From Candidatus Poribacteria bacterium (GTDB lineage: Bacteria; Poribacteria; WGA-4E; PCPOR2b), in contig OZ244587.1 in NCBI GenBank assembly GCA_965218095.1, positions 192,001 through 256,000 on the forward strand: DNA of 64,000 bases. Reading direction: 5' to 3'. The first letter of the stretch is position 1. Each line of letters begins with the position of its first letter. The notes under the pieces were generated by a model. That model did no database searches, was not told where the DNA came from, and worked only from the letters and a program-made list of their open reading frames with translations. This document shows, piece after piece, positions 21,315 through 33,800 of this stretch. The position numbers and the translations under genes were made by a program.

Positions 21315-24023
21315 ATGCCTGAATCAATGCACAATTTATTTAACACGCTTCAAACCTTTGAAGTCGATGGACGACAGGTCCATTACTACTCACTTCCGGT
21401 TTTAGAAACACAAGGAATAGGGAACGTTTCTAAGCTGCCCGTCAGTATACGGATTCTGCTGGAATCGTTGCTGAGGAATTATGATGAGCAGCAGGTCACG
21501 GAGCAGGACGTCGTTGATCTGGCGAACTGGAATGCGAAACAGCCCAAATCAGTTGAGCTCCATTTTAAGCCAGTCCGTGTGGTGGCTCAGGACTTCACAG
21601 GCGTACCACTTCTCGTGGATATTGCAGCCATGCGGTCTGCGGTAGAGGAGATCGGCGGCGATCCGCGGATGATTGAGCTGCTTGTTCCCGTCGATTTGGT
21701 CATCGATCACTCCGTTCAGGTGGATGCTTACGGGACAGCGAATGCGTTGCAGATCAACACCCGAAGGGAATTTGAACGGAATAAAGAACGATACGAATTC
21801 CTGAAATGGGGACAGCAGGCTTTTGAAAAATTCAAAGTCATCCCACCTTCGATTGGCATCGTCCACCAGGTGAATCTGGAGTATCTTGCCAAAGTTGTCG
21901 TTCCAGATTCAGTCAATGGCGATACGATTGCTTATCCGGACACATTAGTGGGGACCGATTCTCACACCACCATGATCAACGGACTCGGAATTGTCGGCTG
22001 GGGGGTCGGCGGGATCGAAGCGGAAGCTGCGATGCTCGGTCAGCCAGTTTACATTTTGACACCCGAGGTCATAGGGGTACACATGAAGGGCGCACTCAAA
22101 GAGGGCGTAACGGCGACCGATCTTGTTTTGACGGTCACGCAGCGATTGCGTGAAACGAACGTTGTTGGCAAATTTGTCGAATTCTTCGGTGAAGGCGTCG
22201 AGGTTCTCTCGCTGCCAGACCGAGCGACAATCTCCAATATGTGTCCTGAATATGGCGCCACGATCGGCTTCTTTCCACCGGACGAAGAAGCGATTCGCTA
22301 TCTCGGGGCGACTGGAAGGGATGAAGCCCACCTCGAACTGGTCACGGAATACCTCAAAAATCAGGGGATATTCGGCATCCCGGAAGAAGGGGAGATTGAG
22401 TATTCCGACGTGCTGGAAATCGACCTTGATGCGATTGAGCCGGGCATTGCGGGTCCCAAGCGACCGCAAGATCGGATTGAACTCTCAAAGGTCAGAGAGA
22501 CCTTTTCGCGCCTGTTGACGACGTCAACTACAGATGGAGGTTATGGGCTTTCCCAGGCAGACATTGATCAGGACCATGAGAAGGCGACGGTAACGGGGAG
22601 CGTTACACACGGCGATATCGTAATCGCTGCCATCACAAGCTGCACCAACACCAGCAACCCATCGGTGATGATTGGCGCCGGCTTAGTCGCGAAAAAGGCT
22701 GTTGAACGCGGACTCAGCGTGCCGGATTATGTTAAAACCAGTTTAGCCCCCGGATCGCGGGTTGTCACGGAGTATCTCCGGGAAACGGGACTGCTGCCCT
22801 ATCTGGAGAAGTTAGGGTTTAACGTCGTCGGATACGGCTGTACCACCTGCATCGGGAATAGCGGTCCCCTGAACAAGGAAATCCAGGACGCAATTTATGA
22901 ACGAAATCTTGTCTCCGTCAGCGTTCTCAGTGGGAATCGAAATTTTGAGGCACGGGTTCACCGCGATGTCAAAGCGAGTTTTCTGATGTCTCCGCCGCTG
23001 GTTGTTGCTCACGCCCTTGCCGGACGAATCGATGTCGATCTCACGAGCGAACCGCTAGGGTATAGCGATGACAGCGAGCCTGTCTATCTGAAAGATGTGT
23101 GGCCTACACGACAGGAGATTGCGGATTTGATGGCGCGATCGCTAGATGCCAGTACCTTCAAACGCCTCTACGCAGAGATCGCCAGTCAAGCCCCGGAATG
23201 GGATGAGTTGGCAATTCCCACGGGAGGACTTTATCGCTGGAGTGAGGAAAGCACTTATATCCAGAAGCCGCCATTCTTTGAAGGGTTCAAGTTGGAACCG
23301 GATTCAATCACTGATGTTAAAGGCGCAAGGGGTCTCGCAATTCTTGGGGATTCAGTTACAACAGACCATATCTCTCCTGCCGGTGCAATTGGTGAAAGCA
23401 GTCCTGCCGGACAGTACCTGATTAGCCGTGGGGTCGAGAAAAGGGACTTTAACTCTTACGGTTCACGGCGCGGTAACGATCGAGTGATGAGTCGTGGGAC
23501 ATTCGCCAACAATCGGATCAAGAATCTAATACTCCCCGGCGTTGAAGGCGGCTACACCATCACATATCCCGCCGGAGAACAGACAACGATCTATGAGGCT
23601 GCCCAATACTATGCCAAACAAGGGACACCGCTCGTTGTCTTCGCGGGTAAGGAGTACGGCTGCGGTAGCTCTCGGGATTGGGCGGCGAAGGGCCCAAAGC
23701 TGTTGGGCGCAAAAGCCGTCGTTGCCGAGAGTTATGAGCGCATCCACCGCAGCAACCTGATCGGCATGGGCATTTTACCCTTGCAGTTCAAGGACGGTGA
23801 GAGTGCAGAGTCGCTCGACTTGAAGGGGAGTGAGCTCATCAACATCACCGGCGTCGCAGACGACCTGCAACCGGGGCAAACTGCCACGATGGAGTGGACT
23901 GACGAATCCGGCGCGAAGCGAACAACGGAATTGCTGGTCCGGATCGATGCCCCAATCGAAGTAGAGTACTACAAACACGGTGGCATCCTGGATTATGTCA
24001 TCAGAAATTTGATGACTCGATAG
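21315..24023 (+). CDS. acnA: Aconitate hydratase A
   Basis: [64 protein letters not shown]; AAGGAG RBS. Confidence 0.97.
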   Translation: MPESMHNLFNTLQTFEVDGRQVHYYSLPVLETQGIGNVSKLPVSIRILLESLLRNYDEQQVTEQDVVDLANWNAKQPKSVELHFKPVRVVAQDFTGVPLLVDIAAMRSAVEEIGGDPRMIELLVPVDLVIDHSVQVDAYGTANALQINTRREFERNKERYEFLKWGQQAFEKFKVIPPSIGIVHQVNLEYLAKVVVPDSVNGDTIAYPDTLVGTDSHTTMINGLGIVGWGVGGIEAEAAMLGQPVYILTPEVIGVHMKGALKEGVTATDLVLTVTQRLRETNVVGKFVEFFGEGVEVLSLPDRATISNMCPEYGATIGFFPPDEEAIRYLGATGRDEAHLELVTEYLKNQGIFGIPEEGEIEYSDVLEIDLDAIEPGIAGPKRPQDRIELSKVRETFSRLLTTSTTDGGYGLSQADIDQDHEKATVTGSVTHGDIVIAAITSCTNTSNPSVMIGAGLVAKKAVERGLSVPDYVKTSLAPGSRVVTEYLRETGLLPYLEKLGFNVVGYGCTTCIGNSGPLNKEIQDAIYERNLVSVSVLSGNRNFEARVHRDVKASFLMSPPLVVAHALAGRIDVDLTSEPLGYSDDSEPVYLKDVWPTRQEIADLMARSLDASTFKRLYAEIASQAPEWDELAIPTGGLYRWSEESTYIQKPPFFEGFKLEPDSITDVKGARGLAILGDSVTTDHISPAGAIGESSPAGQYLISRGVEKRDFNSYGSRRGNDRVMSRGTFANNRIKNLILPGVEGGYTITYPAGEQTTIYEAAQYYAKQGTPLVVFAGKEYGCGSSRDWAAKGPKLLGAKAVVAESYERIHRSNLIGMGILPLQFKDGESAESLDLKGSELINITGVADDLQPGQTATMEWTDESGAKRTTELLVRIDAPIEVEYYKHGGILDYVIRNLMTR

Positions 24024-24074
24024 AGCGATTGTTAAGGGAGCCACAGCAGAGATCCGATTGATTGCGCAAAAACG

Positions 24075-24500
24075 ATGAAAAGATACGAATATTTGGATCA
24101 CACCGGCGATATCGGAATTCGCGCTTACGGAGCGACCCTGAAGGATCTGTTCACCCACGCGGCGGAAGGTCTTCTTGAGGCTATCGCAGATCTTAACACG
24201 GTTGACGAGGCGGCGCAAACTGAGATTGAAGTGTCGGCGGAGTCGGTTGAAGATCTGTTGGTGGCGTGGCTGGATGAACTAAATTTTCGACATGAGGTCG
24301 AGGAAACCTTCTTTCGACGGGTTAAGATTCAACGAATCTCTGAAGAGCCGTGGGTACTGTCTGCGATTGCCTATGGCGAACCGGTGGATTTTACAAAACA
24401 TGTCGTCTATACGGAGATTAAGAGTGTGACTTACCATCAGTTGCTTGTCAATCAAACTCCGAAGGGTGATTGGGTTGCCCAGGTGATTTTTGATCTGTAG
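24075..24500 (+). CDS. Archease
   Basis: YEYLDHTGDIGI...EIKSVTYH...VIFDL. Confidence 0.9.
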   Translation: MKRYEYLDHTGDIGIRAYGATLKDLFTHAAEGLLEAIADLNTVDEAAQTEIEVSAESVEDLLVAWLDELNFRHEVEETFFRRVKIQRISEEPWVLSAIAYGEPVDFTKHVVYTEIKSVTYHQLLVNQTPKGDWVAQVIFDL

Positions 24501-24884
24501 CGATGGATCAAAGTTGAATATGGACTCTTTCCATGATCAAAAATTTGGGCCAATTCGCACATCATGTGGCGTCGCTTATTCGCTCAACCGGTCATCAAGC
24601 ACGTCAGGTAGTTTTGTGAATTTTCTATTGCGGAGAAAGTTGGATCATGGTAATATTGGAGTGTTACTGTCTATAAGGAACGATGAAGATGAACAGAAAG
24701 GTCTGGTAGAAGTGGAACTTCGATGATACAAAATTCAATGAGCTCGAAGTCTGTAAATGTCGCCTGCTCAAGTTACAAACTCCGGCTAACAGATTGAAGC
24801 TCAACCGAATAAAAGCCCGCGTGCCAAAAAACTGGAGTTGATCCTCGGGGGACGATTGAACAACTCTAACAAGAGATTGATGGT

Positions 24885-26072
24885 ATGAAGCCTCTTATAA
24901 AGATTGTGCTTGCAGATGTGGATGGCTCTCTTACAGAGAGGGAGTTACTCTTTGCCGGCGCATTAAGTACGTTCAATGACAAAAGTCTTGAAATTATAAA
25001 GGACTCTTTTACGGGGGAAAGATTTAAAGAGTTTGCAAGCGAAGCACTGGAGTGGGTAAATGCACAAGGCAAGTCTTTGGTAGAAGCGGGGGACATCACG
25101 ACCAAAGAGTTAAAGCAAAATTTTTTCCTGCCGATAGCGGCGGAGGATAGTTTTGAGGCTACTTTAAAACGTGCTTTTACGGCAGCAAATAGGCTGGCAC
25201 ACAGTCAATCAAACAACAGACAAGACCCCGAATTATTGTTTCGCAACTCCGTAATCCGCCTGTGGGCAAAAGGACAGTTAGACGAGGAAGTATCCAAGGC
25301 AGATGTAAATAGCTATATTCTCGAGCAGTTTTTCCCTGCTCTAAAAGCTGCAACTGAGGCTTATGTAAGCGGCGTAAAGCTGATGCCCGGCGTTAAGGAG
25401 GCTATTGAAATACTTGCTGAAAAAAAGGTGAGAATGGTGCTAGTAACAAATAGCTCAGAAAGTCCAACAAGGTATGTCTATACAGAGATAGCCAGACAGG
25501 TTCCCAGATTTAGAGAAATATGCCAGGAAATACAGTGCCAGGCGGATGTTTGGGGAGGGTTTTTCGGAAAAGGTAAAGAAGATTTGAGTGCCAGGGTCCA
25601 TGCAATGCGGTTTCCAGGGGTTGACAAACAAGACACAACCGTGAAAATAGAGTACGTACCTGCGAAACCCGCTCCACCGGCTGTTGATGCAATATTGGTG
25701 GAATATGGAATTCGGTATGATCAGGCTGTTTTTATAGGGGATAAGGAACTGGGTGATGGTGTAACAGGCTTCAAAACCCACTTTGTCCACTTAAAATATG
25801 ACAAAAAACCAGAACCCTATGAAGCAGCAGCTATTATCTTTAAAGAAAACTATCTTTCCACACCTATTAGATCCCCGGATAAGCAGCGTCAAAAATTAGG
25901 TGAAGCTTATGTAAGACACGGTATAGCAGATTCAAGTGCCGACGTGTCTTCGTATAAAGAAATCCTTGAAAAGTTTAGTTTTGCCGCAACACCGGCGAAA
26001 CCAAAGAAGCCATCTATGCCGGCACAATCTACTCGGGTTAACTGGAGAGGGATTACGAAGACCAAACACTGA
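24885..26072 (+). CDS. HAD-superfamily hydrolase with a large cap; atypical base composition
   Basis: Motifs LADVDGSL (I), LVTNS (II), KP (III), FIGDKELGD (IV). Confidence 0.7.
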   Translation: MKPLIKIVLADVDGSLTERELLFAGALSTFNDKSLEIIKDSFTGERFKEFASEALEWVNAQGKSLVEAGDITTKELKQNFFLPIAAEDSFEATLKRAFTAANRLAHSQSNNRQDPELLFRNSVIRLWAKGQLDEEVSKADVNSYILEQFFPALKAATEAYVSGVKLMPGVKEAIEILAEKKVRMVLVTNSSESPTRYVYTEIARQVPRFREICQEIQCQADVWGGFFGKGKEDLSARVHAMRFPGVDKQDTTVKIEYVPAKPAPPAVDAILVEYGIRYDQAVFIGDKELGDGVTGFKTHFVHLKYDKKPEPYEAAAIIFKENYLSTPIRSPDKQRQKLGEAYVRHGIADSSADVSSYKEILEKFSFAATPAKPKKPSMPAQSTRVNWRGITKTKH

Positions 26073-26150
26073 CCTTATTCTGCAGAAGATAGAGGGGACG
26101 CTGCAAAACGGCACAGAATTAGTGCCATTACTCATCCGGTGCGCGAGAAC

Positions 26151-27197
26151 ATGACCCACATTCCGCTGATTACAACGACTGGACGGACAGATCCAAATCC
26201 GGGCGATACCTTCATCGGCGTGGGACTTCAATATCTATTTGAACAGGTCCTGGGCCCTCAGGTGTGGGTGCTCATCGATCGCTTCAGTCCGAAAGGCTTC
26301 CAAGGCTATGCAGATGTCATCCGAAACACCCCTTTTCTTGTCTACGGTGGAATGTCGCAATATAATAATTACGACGACTGGAAGCACTGGTACGATGATG
26401 CGATGTGGCGGGATTTCATCATTCGTTGGGGACTGAAAATCTTTACAATGGCCGGCGGGGCTGGTTTTTCTCATCCGAACATCAGCATTGATGAATATGT
26501 CGCACACTGCATGCGGAGTAAAAAAACACAGCGGATTATTCGTCAGCGGGTTGACCCGAGCCTCTGCTTCACTGTCCGCGATGCGTATGCGCACGCCCTG
26601 CTAAATGCGCTTGACATACCGAACACTTACCTTCCCTGCTCTTCAATCTGGGCAAGTCAGATGTGGAACATTGGGCCTGCGAAAAATCGTCCTTATCTGC
26701 TACTTGTGCCGCCATTGCCCCGCGAATAGCTGCATTCCCCGTCGGCGAAGAATGCAGCTATTCGCGGGGCAGTGGAAAAACTTCTATACAACGCTCAAAC
26801 AGAGCGGTCACAACGTTAAGATTCTCTGTCATGCTTATAGAGAATATACTGCCCTCCGTGATTCGATTCCTTCCGAAGATCTCTCTGGTATCATGGTGAC
26901 CCCTACACGCTGCTGCGACAATATGCCACCGCTCATACCGTTGTCTCTGTGCGGCTTCATGGTAGTCTGCCCGCCTACGGGATTTGCGGAACGGGGGTAT
27001 TAAACATTTCCGTGGACGTGCGCGGTGCCGTCACCAAGGTTTTTCCCAAAATACGAAACCTCCCGATCAGCGAAGCCAACTCTGACACGCTTCTGTCCGC
27101 GATCGACAAACGTGAACCTTCTACCCCAGTAGATCTTCATTCTTCAGAGGAGGTGTATCGGACTCTCATTCAACTTTCGCTGCCGAGTAAAATATAG
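26151..27197 (+). pseudogene. Polysaccharide pyruvyl-transferase-like gene, fragmented
   Basis: NPGDTFI, FTVRDAYA, SVRLHG motifs spread over three frames. Confidence 0.65.
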
Positions 27198-27330
27198 TCA
27201 TGACAAGGCCGAAGATGAAGTAGGGGCGAGTTTGGAACCCGCTCCTACTATGAACACAAAGTTTCGATTTTCACTTATTTTCTGTAACAATTTTCACTTA
27301 TTTTCTGTAACAATACGAATCGAACGGTCC

Positions 27331-27771
27331 TTACCCTGTCAAGGCAGCATGCAACTCTGTCCAATCATCGAGATTGTTGAGGTTCACGGCGTCTAAGATA
27401 GACCCATCATCTCCAACCCCGGCTGCGCTGAGAATGGACCCGCGCGTTTCGTCATCGTGGTTGTAGCCCTTAATTGCTGCGTTCAGTTCATCAACAGCAG
27501 CCTGATCAAGGCTTCCACCTTTTTTCTCAAGAATCCATTTCTCGAAATCGGTGTAGCTAGGCTTCTCATCGTAGAGGTACTGCAATGTTTCTTGCTGATC
27601 GAGTCCGAGACCATCAAGAACCATCGAATCGAAGCCCGCACCGCATGCTGGATAGTCAGAATGAAGTTGATCTGCTGCATCCAACATCACTTTGCTCCAA
27701 AATCTTGGTAGGTGGAGTACACCTAGCGGCCCTGCAACGCCTGAGCTGATTTGCGGAATAACTCCTGCCAT
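27331..27771 (-). CDS. DUF5069-like protein
   Basis: GPLGVLHLPRFWSK, YPACGAGFDSMVLDGLGLD, LNNLDDW; GAAGGAG RBS. Confidence 0.65.
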   Translation of the reverse strand: MAGVIPQISSGVAGPLGVLHLPRFWSKVMLDAADQLHSDYPACGAGFDSMVLDGLGLDQQETLQYLYDEKPSYTDFEKWILEKKGGSLDQAAVDELNAAIKGYNHDDETRGSILSAAGVGDDGSILDAVNLNNLDDWTELHAALTG

Positions 27772-27807
27772 TTTGTCTTCTCCTTCTTTTTCACTGTAAT
27801 GATGATA

Positions 27808-27836
27808 AGATAAATCTAGACCACCTAGATTTATCT
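27808..27836. promoter_or_regulatory. Perfect palindrome (putative operator) just downstream of a -10 box
   Basis: AGATAAATCTAG-ACCAC-CTAGATTTATCT; minus-strand TGcTATAAT at about 27842-27850. Confidence 0.6.
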
Positions 27837-28177
27837 GTTTAATTATAGCACATCTTAAAAAGACTGAAAAGTATAAAATTGCATTTGGAACGGACCTGTC
27901 GCAAACTCCAGCAGATATGCTTGCTGCTGCTGCCCTGCTGCTCACTCCAACGAGTAGGAAGTCAACCGCCGGTATGTGGCGACCATAGCATTCCGAACCC
28001 CCCTGACCTTCTGCGACGAACTTCGTCTGTTGTCAAGCAAATAGACCATTTTTCTGGTGTTGGTAAGTCCTTCCGCAGATGGTATTATTCTCCAAAGAAT
28101 AATTCTTCGGAGAATAATCGTGCAATCTAGTCGCATTGGGTTTGAGGTCATCATTCAGTGAAAATTGGCATATTGAT

Positions 28178-30001
28178 TCAAAGGTGGCAACTCGGGTTAT
28201 TACGTCTCACCTCTTCCGCATTACGTGCCGGCAATTCGATCTGAACCATTGTGCCAACCCCTTCTTTGCTTTCGACGAAGATTTCTCCATCGTGATCGGT
28301 GATAATGCGTTGAACAATCGCCATGCTGAGTCCCGTGCCTGCTTCCTTCGTTGTGTAATATGGCGTAAAGATCTCCGCCTGTGTCTCTGCTGACATACCA
28401 ATACCGGTGTCCTGAATCCCGATCTGGATCTTCCTGTCCTTCACCAATCGGGTCGCAACACTCAGTGTTCCACCGTCGGGCATCGCTTCAATCGCGTTTT
28501 TGATCAGATTACCTAGCGCCTGTGCAATCTGCTCCGGATCAACGGAGGCAGGGGGAAGATTCGGATCAAGATGACTGTCCATCTGGATGTGTGCAGCGGA
28601 TTCCGTCCCGATTCTTGGGATTTTGCTTCGCTCAACATACAGGTTTAACACATTCTGCACAATTTGATTGAGATCGGACGACTTCTGCTCAGGCACAGGC
28701 ATGCGTGCGAATTGATGGAACTCATCCACCATTCGCTGTAGCCGTCCCACCTCTTCGATAACTGTGTCGGTGCACTCATCAAAAATCTCATTAAAGACCG
28801 CGGGCCCCAGCTCCGCCGAGGATTCCGCGATGCGAAACTTAGATCGATACGATCGCTGAAGGTTTTCAACCGAAAGCCGAATCGGGAACAGCGGATTCTT
28901 GATCTCGTGGGCAATGCGACGGGCGACATCCCGCTAGGCGGCGACGCGTTCGGCAGCAAGCCGTCTATCCAGATTTGCCTTCAGATCCGCCGCCATCTGG
29001 TTGAAAGCGCCTGCCAATCCACCGATTTCATCTCGACTCTGAACGGTGGCCTGGTGCTTGAGGTTACCTGATGCGATTTCCGCTGCTCCTGCCGCCAACT
29101 GATTGATCGGTTTTGTCACTTGAAGCCCGATCACATAACTCACCATGTAGACGAAAATTAGTCCAACCCCACCCGTGATGAGCAGGATAAACACGAGTTG
29201 CTGCCGCGATTCGATTTCATTTCGGTGGGAGTATGCAACAATCAATTCCACTGGCGCCCCCGTATTCCCTTCTAAAGCCGGAAAATGATCTACGGTATGC
29301 GGAACACCAATCAGCTTCATCTCCTGATACCCTTCGTCGGTGCGACGGAAGAGCGACAGGAGAGCGTCCTGTTCAGCTTTCGGAATTGTACTACCGGGTG
29401 CATTCAGCGTAACCAGGCGATCACCTTCTTTGAGAAAAATTGGATGAAGTGCTTGATCTTTCAGGGATTGACTCAGACGTTCACGAAAAAAATAGCCACC
29501 GGTGACAAATCCCAAAAACTTGCCTTCCGCCTGGATGGGTAATGTGACCTCAATTGCCGCTTGTTCTTCAGGCGTTCGGATCCGAATTGCAGCCTGTGAT
29601 TTCAAGTTTCGTGCGCGATTCAACGCATCCGGATCTTTTTCGCCACGACGCAGATCTGGGGTTCCTTTACTCGCGGTGATCAATCCATCCTGTGTCCCAT
29701 ACTCTAAAATATCAAGGACTGTATCCGCGATACCGGGTGGGGCCGGCTCATTTTTCCGGATAGCCTGAACCACACGCCAATTCCCAATTTCGTGTTGAAC
29801 CTTCTCGTGAATATCCTGAATGAGCAGATCTATTGTATCTGAGATTCGCGTTTTGAATGTCCGGGCGTCTTCCCGGATCTGCTAATCAAAAGTTCTCCCG
29901 ATAAAACCGCGCGTGATCACAAAGATTCCGCCGATTGTAAGGAGGAAGACAGAACTATAAGCAAAGAAGATTTTGTGATGAAGCCTGCTTATGACGATCA
30001 C
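28178..30001 (-). pseudogene. NtrY-like HAMP sensor histidine kinase with two in-frame TAG stops
   Basis: HAMP DEIGGLAGAFNQM; AA*RDVARRIAHEIKN (H-box); NLIKNAIEAM, DTGIG, GTGL; all one frame, stops at 29882-84 and 28934-36. Confidence 0.85.
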
Positions 30002-30103
30002 CCTTTGCAGTTGGTCAGTGAGTACGGTTCGGGCTGTTGGGCGCAATCGCACCACGATAGGGAAGTTCAGATTCGGCGGCACAATCCCGTCCCAACAAGA
30101 TTC

Positions 30104-30244
30104 CATTTTATCAAGAATTGTCCAAACTTTAGTAAACTTTATTAAGTGTAGCAAAATTTATCCTTGAGATCAAGGGTGAATCTTTCTTGATGGGATAGTG
30201 CATAATTTTTCCCTTGATCGATAAAGACCAATCTTGATAAAATG
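30104..30244. mobile_element. Putative MITE (141 bp)
   Basis: Imperfect 19-bp terminal IR CATTTTATCAAGAATTGTC / GACCAATCTTGATAAAATG. Confidence 0.45.
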
Positions 30245-30414
30245 ATAAGGAGGATGGAGGAGCAAAGGGGCAGAAACATAGGAATAGATCTGAATCCTTG
30301 AATTCCTGCATCTCTGTTGTACATTGTCTAGAATCTTCATGAGAGGGCTATGTTCTGACCTCACTAGTGGGGCACTATCCACCAAATCCACCAACCCAAC
30401 GTGAGAAACACATA

Positions 30415-31586
30415 ATGCAATAAAAACGCACGAAAATCGTCTCTACCATTGGTCCTGCCAGCAATTCCCCAGAAAAGTTGCGAGCACTGATTGAAGCAGG
30501 AATGGGTGTCGCGAGGCTTTCGTTTTCACACGGTTCACACGCCGATTACGCGCAAACCATCACCCGCTTGAAAGCGGGTGATTTCGACCACAAGCACGGA
30601 TATCACCTGTGAAGTTGCTGGTGGGGAACTTCGATTAAACAAAGGCATCAGCGTACCTGGAGTTTCATTGAAGACACCTATTCCAACCCCAAAGGACATC
30701 AAAGATCTCTTCTTTGGGATTCAGTATGGTATCGATTGGGTCGCACAATCTTTCATCAGAAGCGCTGCGGATCTTCGCAACCTCAGATCAATCCTGCAAC
30801 AACAGATGTGCTAATCATTGCCAAATTTGAGAAGCGTGAGGCGTTGAACGATCTGGATCAGGTTCTCGCTGAAGCGGACGCCGTGATGATTGCTAGAGGA
30901 GATTTGGGACTGGAGATTCCACTTCAAGAGGTGCCGCTGATTCAAAAGGAGATCATCAGACAGGCAAACCTCGCGGGTAAGCCAGTCATCACGGCGACTC
31001 AGATGCTCGAATCAATGATCTCCAATCCCCGACCGACAAGGGCGGAAGTCACAGACATTGCGAATGCTATCTTTGATGGTACGGATGCTTTAATGCTTTC
31101 AGGGGAAACCGCTATCGGCAAATACCCCGCTGCGGCTGTAAAACTATGGTTGAAGTCGCTATAGCAACTGAAGCCAGGGTTGACCATGTGGAACAATTTA
31201 AATGCCAGCCAATAACTCTTGAGAAGGCCGTGCCAGATGCGATTGCACACGCCGCATGACATATCGCCTTAGAAATTAGTGCAAAGGCAATTATCTATTG
31301 TACACGATCCGGTCGGACAGCAAGGCTGGTGGCAAAATACCGTCCCCGCTCAACAATCGCAGTGGACAGTCCTTATGAAAACACACTACGACGAACAATG
31401 CTGTTTTGGGGTACGGCGCCGGTCTCGATTAAGTTGGCGCCAGACACGGATACGATGATTGCAAGGGCAAAAAGAGCCGTACTAGAATCAGAGTTTGCCC
31501 GGCCAGGGGATAGGGTTGTTATCATTGCTGGAATACCGGTGGATGTGCCCGGAACGACGAACATGATTAAAACAGATGTAATTTGA
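30415..31586 (+). pseudogene. pyk: Pyruvate kinase, decayed
   Basis: [60 protein letters not shown]; stops, a deletion and frameshifts. Confidence 0.92.
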
Positions 31587-31746
31587 TCCAGGACAAAAGG
31601 AAGGGCTGGAATCTCTGTATTCCTGAATCTCTGATTCGTTCCCTGAACCTCGTAGGGAAGGGGGCCGGGGGATTAGGTTTGATGGCGATCCGGTGCTAAC
31701 TGAAAAACTCGTATTATATTACAGTAGCAAATCATTGGAGGTATAG

Positions 31747-33135
31747 ATGCAAACAAGGATTGAAACAGACAGCATGGGAAAGATTGAAGTTCCTACGGAT
31801 CGGTACTGGGGTGCGCAGACCCAGCGATCGCTGCAGAATTTTAAGATCGGCGGAGAACGGTTTCCCCGCGAGATGATCTGGGCACTCGGTATTGTCAAAC
31901 AATCCGTTGCTGAAGTGAATGCTGAACTCGGGCACATTGAGCCGGATCAAGCGGATATTATCATCAAAGCGGCGCAGGAAGTGATTGATGGCGTGCTTGA
32001 TGATCACTTTCCGCTGGTTGTTTGGCAGACCGGCAGCGGCACCCAGACGAACATGAACGTCAACGAAGTAATCTCCAATCGGGCAATCGAGATGCTTGGC
32101 AGCGTCCTCGGCAGCAAAGAACCTATCCACCCCAACGACCACGTCAACAAGTCGCAGTCCACCAACGACGCTTTCCCAACGGCTATCCATGTCGCCGTCA
32201 TTGACCGTATTCACCGGCGCCTGATTCCTGCGGTGACCGCCCTGCGCGATGCGCTGGCAGATAAAGCTGAAGCTTTTAAGGATATTGTGAAAACTGGGCG
32301 CACCCACTTGCAGGATGCGACCCCACTGACATTAGGGCAAGAGTTTTCTGGCTATGTGGCGCAATTGAAAAATTCGCTTCGTGCGATAGATCACTGCTTA
32401 CCACACCTGTACGAACTGCCGATTGGTGGGACGGCGGTCGGCACCGGGTTGAATACCCACCCGGAATATGCGACGAAAGCAGCCGCGGCGATTGCGAAGC
32501 GAACTGGCTTTCCGTTCGTGACGGCGCCCAACAAGTTTGAAGCCCTTGCCGCCCGAGACGCCATCGTCGAGGCAAGCGGCGCATTCAAAACGCTGGCATG
32601 TGCGTTGAACAAAATTGCAAATGACCTCCGCTGGCTTGGCAGCGGTCCACGTTGTGGGATTGGCGAGCTCTCGTTACCGGAGAACGAGCCGGGGAGCTCG
32701 ATTATGCCCGGGAAAGTGAATCCGACGCAATGCGAAGCCATGACGATGGTTTGCGCACAGGTCATCGGCAACGACACAACGATTGTGCTGGCCGGCGCAT
32801 CGGGCAACTTCGAGTTGAATGTATTTATGCCCGTCATTGCTTTTAATGCCCTTCAATCGATCCGCTTGCTCGGAGACGCCTGCAATTCATTCAACGAAAA
32901 CTGTGTCGTCGGTATCAAGCCAAAACGAGAGAAGATTCAGGGTTACCTGAATGACTCGCTGATGCTCGTCACCGCGCTTAATCCGTACATTGGCTACGAC
33001 AATGCAGCGTTGGTCGCCAAAACTGCTCACCAACAGGGAAAAACCTTGCGGCAGGTCACGGTCGAACTGAATTTGCTGACCGAGGAAGAATTTGATAGTG
33101 TAGTTGTGCCAAGCCAGATGATCGGTCCCAAGTAA
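31747..33135 (+). CDS. fumC: Class II fumarate hydratase
   Basis: [49 protein letters not shown]. Confidence 0.97.
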   Translation: MQTRIETDSMGKIEVPTDRYWGAQTQRSLQNFKIGGERFPREMIWALGIVKQSVAEVNAELGHIEPDQADIIIKAAQEVIDGVLDDHFPLVVWQTGSGTQTNMNVNEVISNRAIEMLGSVLGSKEPIHPNDHVNKSQSTNDAFPTAIHVAVIDRIHRRLIPAVTALRDALADKAEAFKDIVKTGRTHLQDATPLTLGQEFSGYVAQLKNSLRAIDHCLPHLYELPIGGTAVGTGLNTHPEYATKAAAAIAKRTGFPFVTAPNKFEALAARDAIVEASGAFKTLACALNKIANDLRWLGSGPRCGIGELSLPENEPGSSIMPGKVNPTQCEAMTMVCAQVIGNDTTIVLAGASGNFELNVFMPVIAFNALQSIRLLGDACNSFNENCVVGIKPKREKIQGYLNDSLMLVTALNPYIGYDNAALVAKTAHQQGKTLRQVTVELNLLTEEEFDSVVVPSQMIGPK

Positions 33136-33259
33136 ATGAAGGTGGTGCATAATTCGCTGGAAATACTGGAGAAACCGAGTTTTTTCGAAAATCTCGGTTT
33201 CTGCTGCGAGTCTGACCCCGATTCATTATGTATAGGACTCTGAATTCGGAGGGGAGCCA

Positions 33260-33670
33260 ATGCCGAATGCGACGGTAAAGGTCGCGGGATTCCTTGAGCA
33301 CTGGGCTATCGCTGATGATGCAGGCAAGTTCCGATTTGAGAACCTCGCGCCGGTGCTGTCGCCCTGGTTTCAACAGCTTCAACCATATTTCACAAAATGG
33401 GGGTGAAGGCATCGGCATCCAAGACGGTTCCCGATTTATGATTCAGAACAACCACCTGCTTGCTAATAATGATGACGAGATGTTCCACAACGATTCGATG
33501 AGGGACGTGATCGACAACACAATCTCGCAAAACAAAGGGAGTGGTATGCAGTGGAGCCGCACAACGTGAACCATCACCGGAAATACCATAACGGTCAACA
33601 ACGACGGCGACCTGAATCAATCGTTCGATTATGGGGCTGTGATCTCTGATGCAGTTAAACAAGTAACCCT
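33260..33670 (+). pseudogene. Remnant of a right-handed beta-helix protein
   Basis: ISQNGGEGI...IQNN...DNTISQNKGSG...ITGNTITVN repeats with frameshifts. Confidence 0.45.
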
Positions 33671-33800
33671 CAAAGATAACACAATCGAAGAAAGTGGAGC
33701 AGTAAGTGTACTGCTTATCAGGTTTTCGGTTGACAGGGACAAATAGATCGGGTATGATGTAGTAAAATTCGGGCATAAAAATACGAGGAGAGACACACGG

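Noticed and set aside
27268-27313. 23-bp tandem repeat TTTTCACTTATTTTCTGTAACAA x2
   Set aside because: Simple slippage duplication between convergent genes; no further structure.
27870-28040. Possible riboswitch upstream of the DUF5069-like gene
   Set aside because: Only short stems, no known aptamer consensus, and a closer promoter lies between it and the gene.
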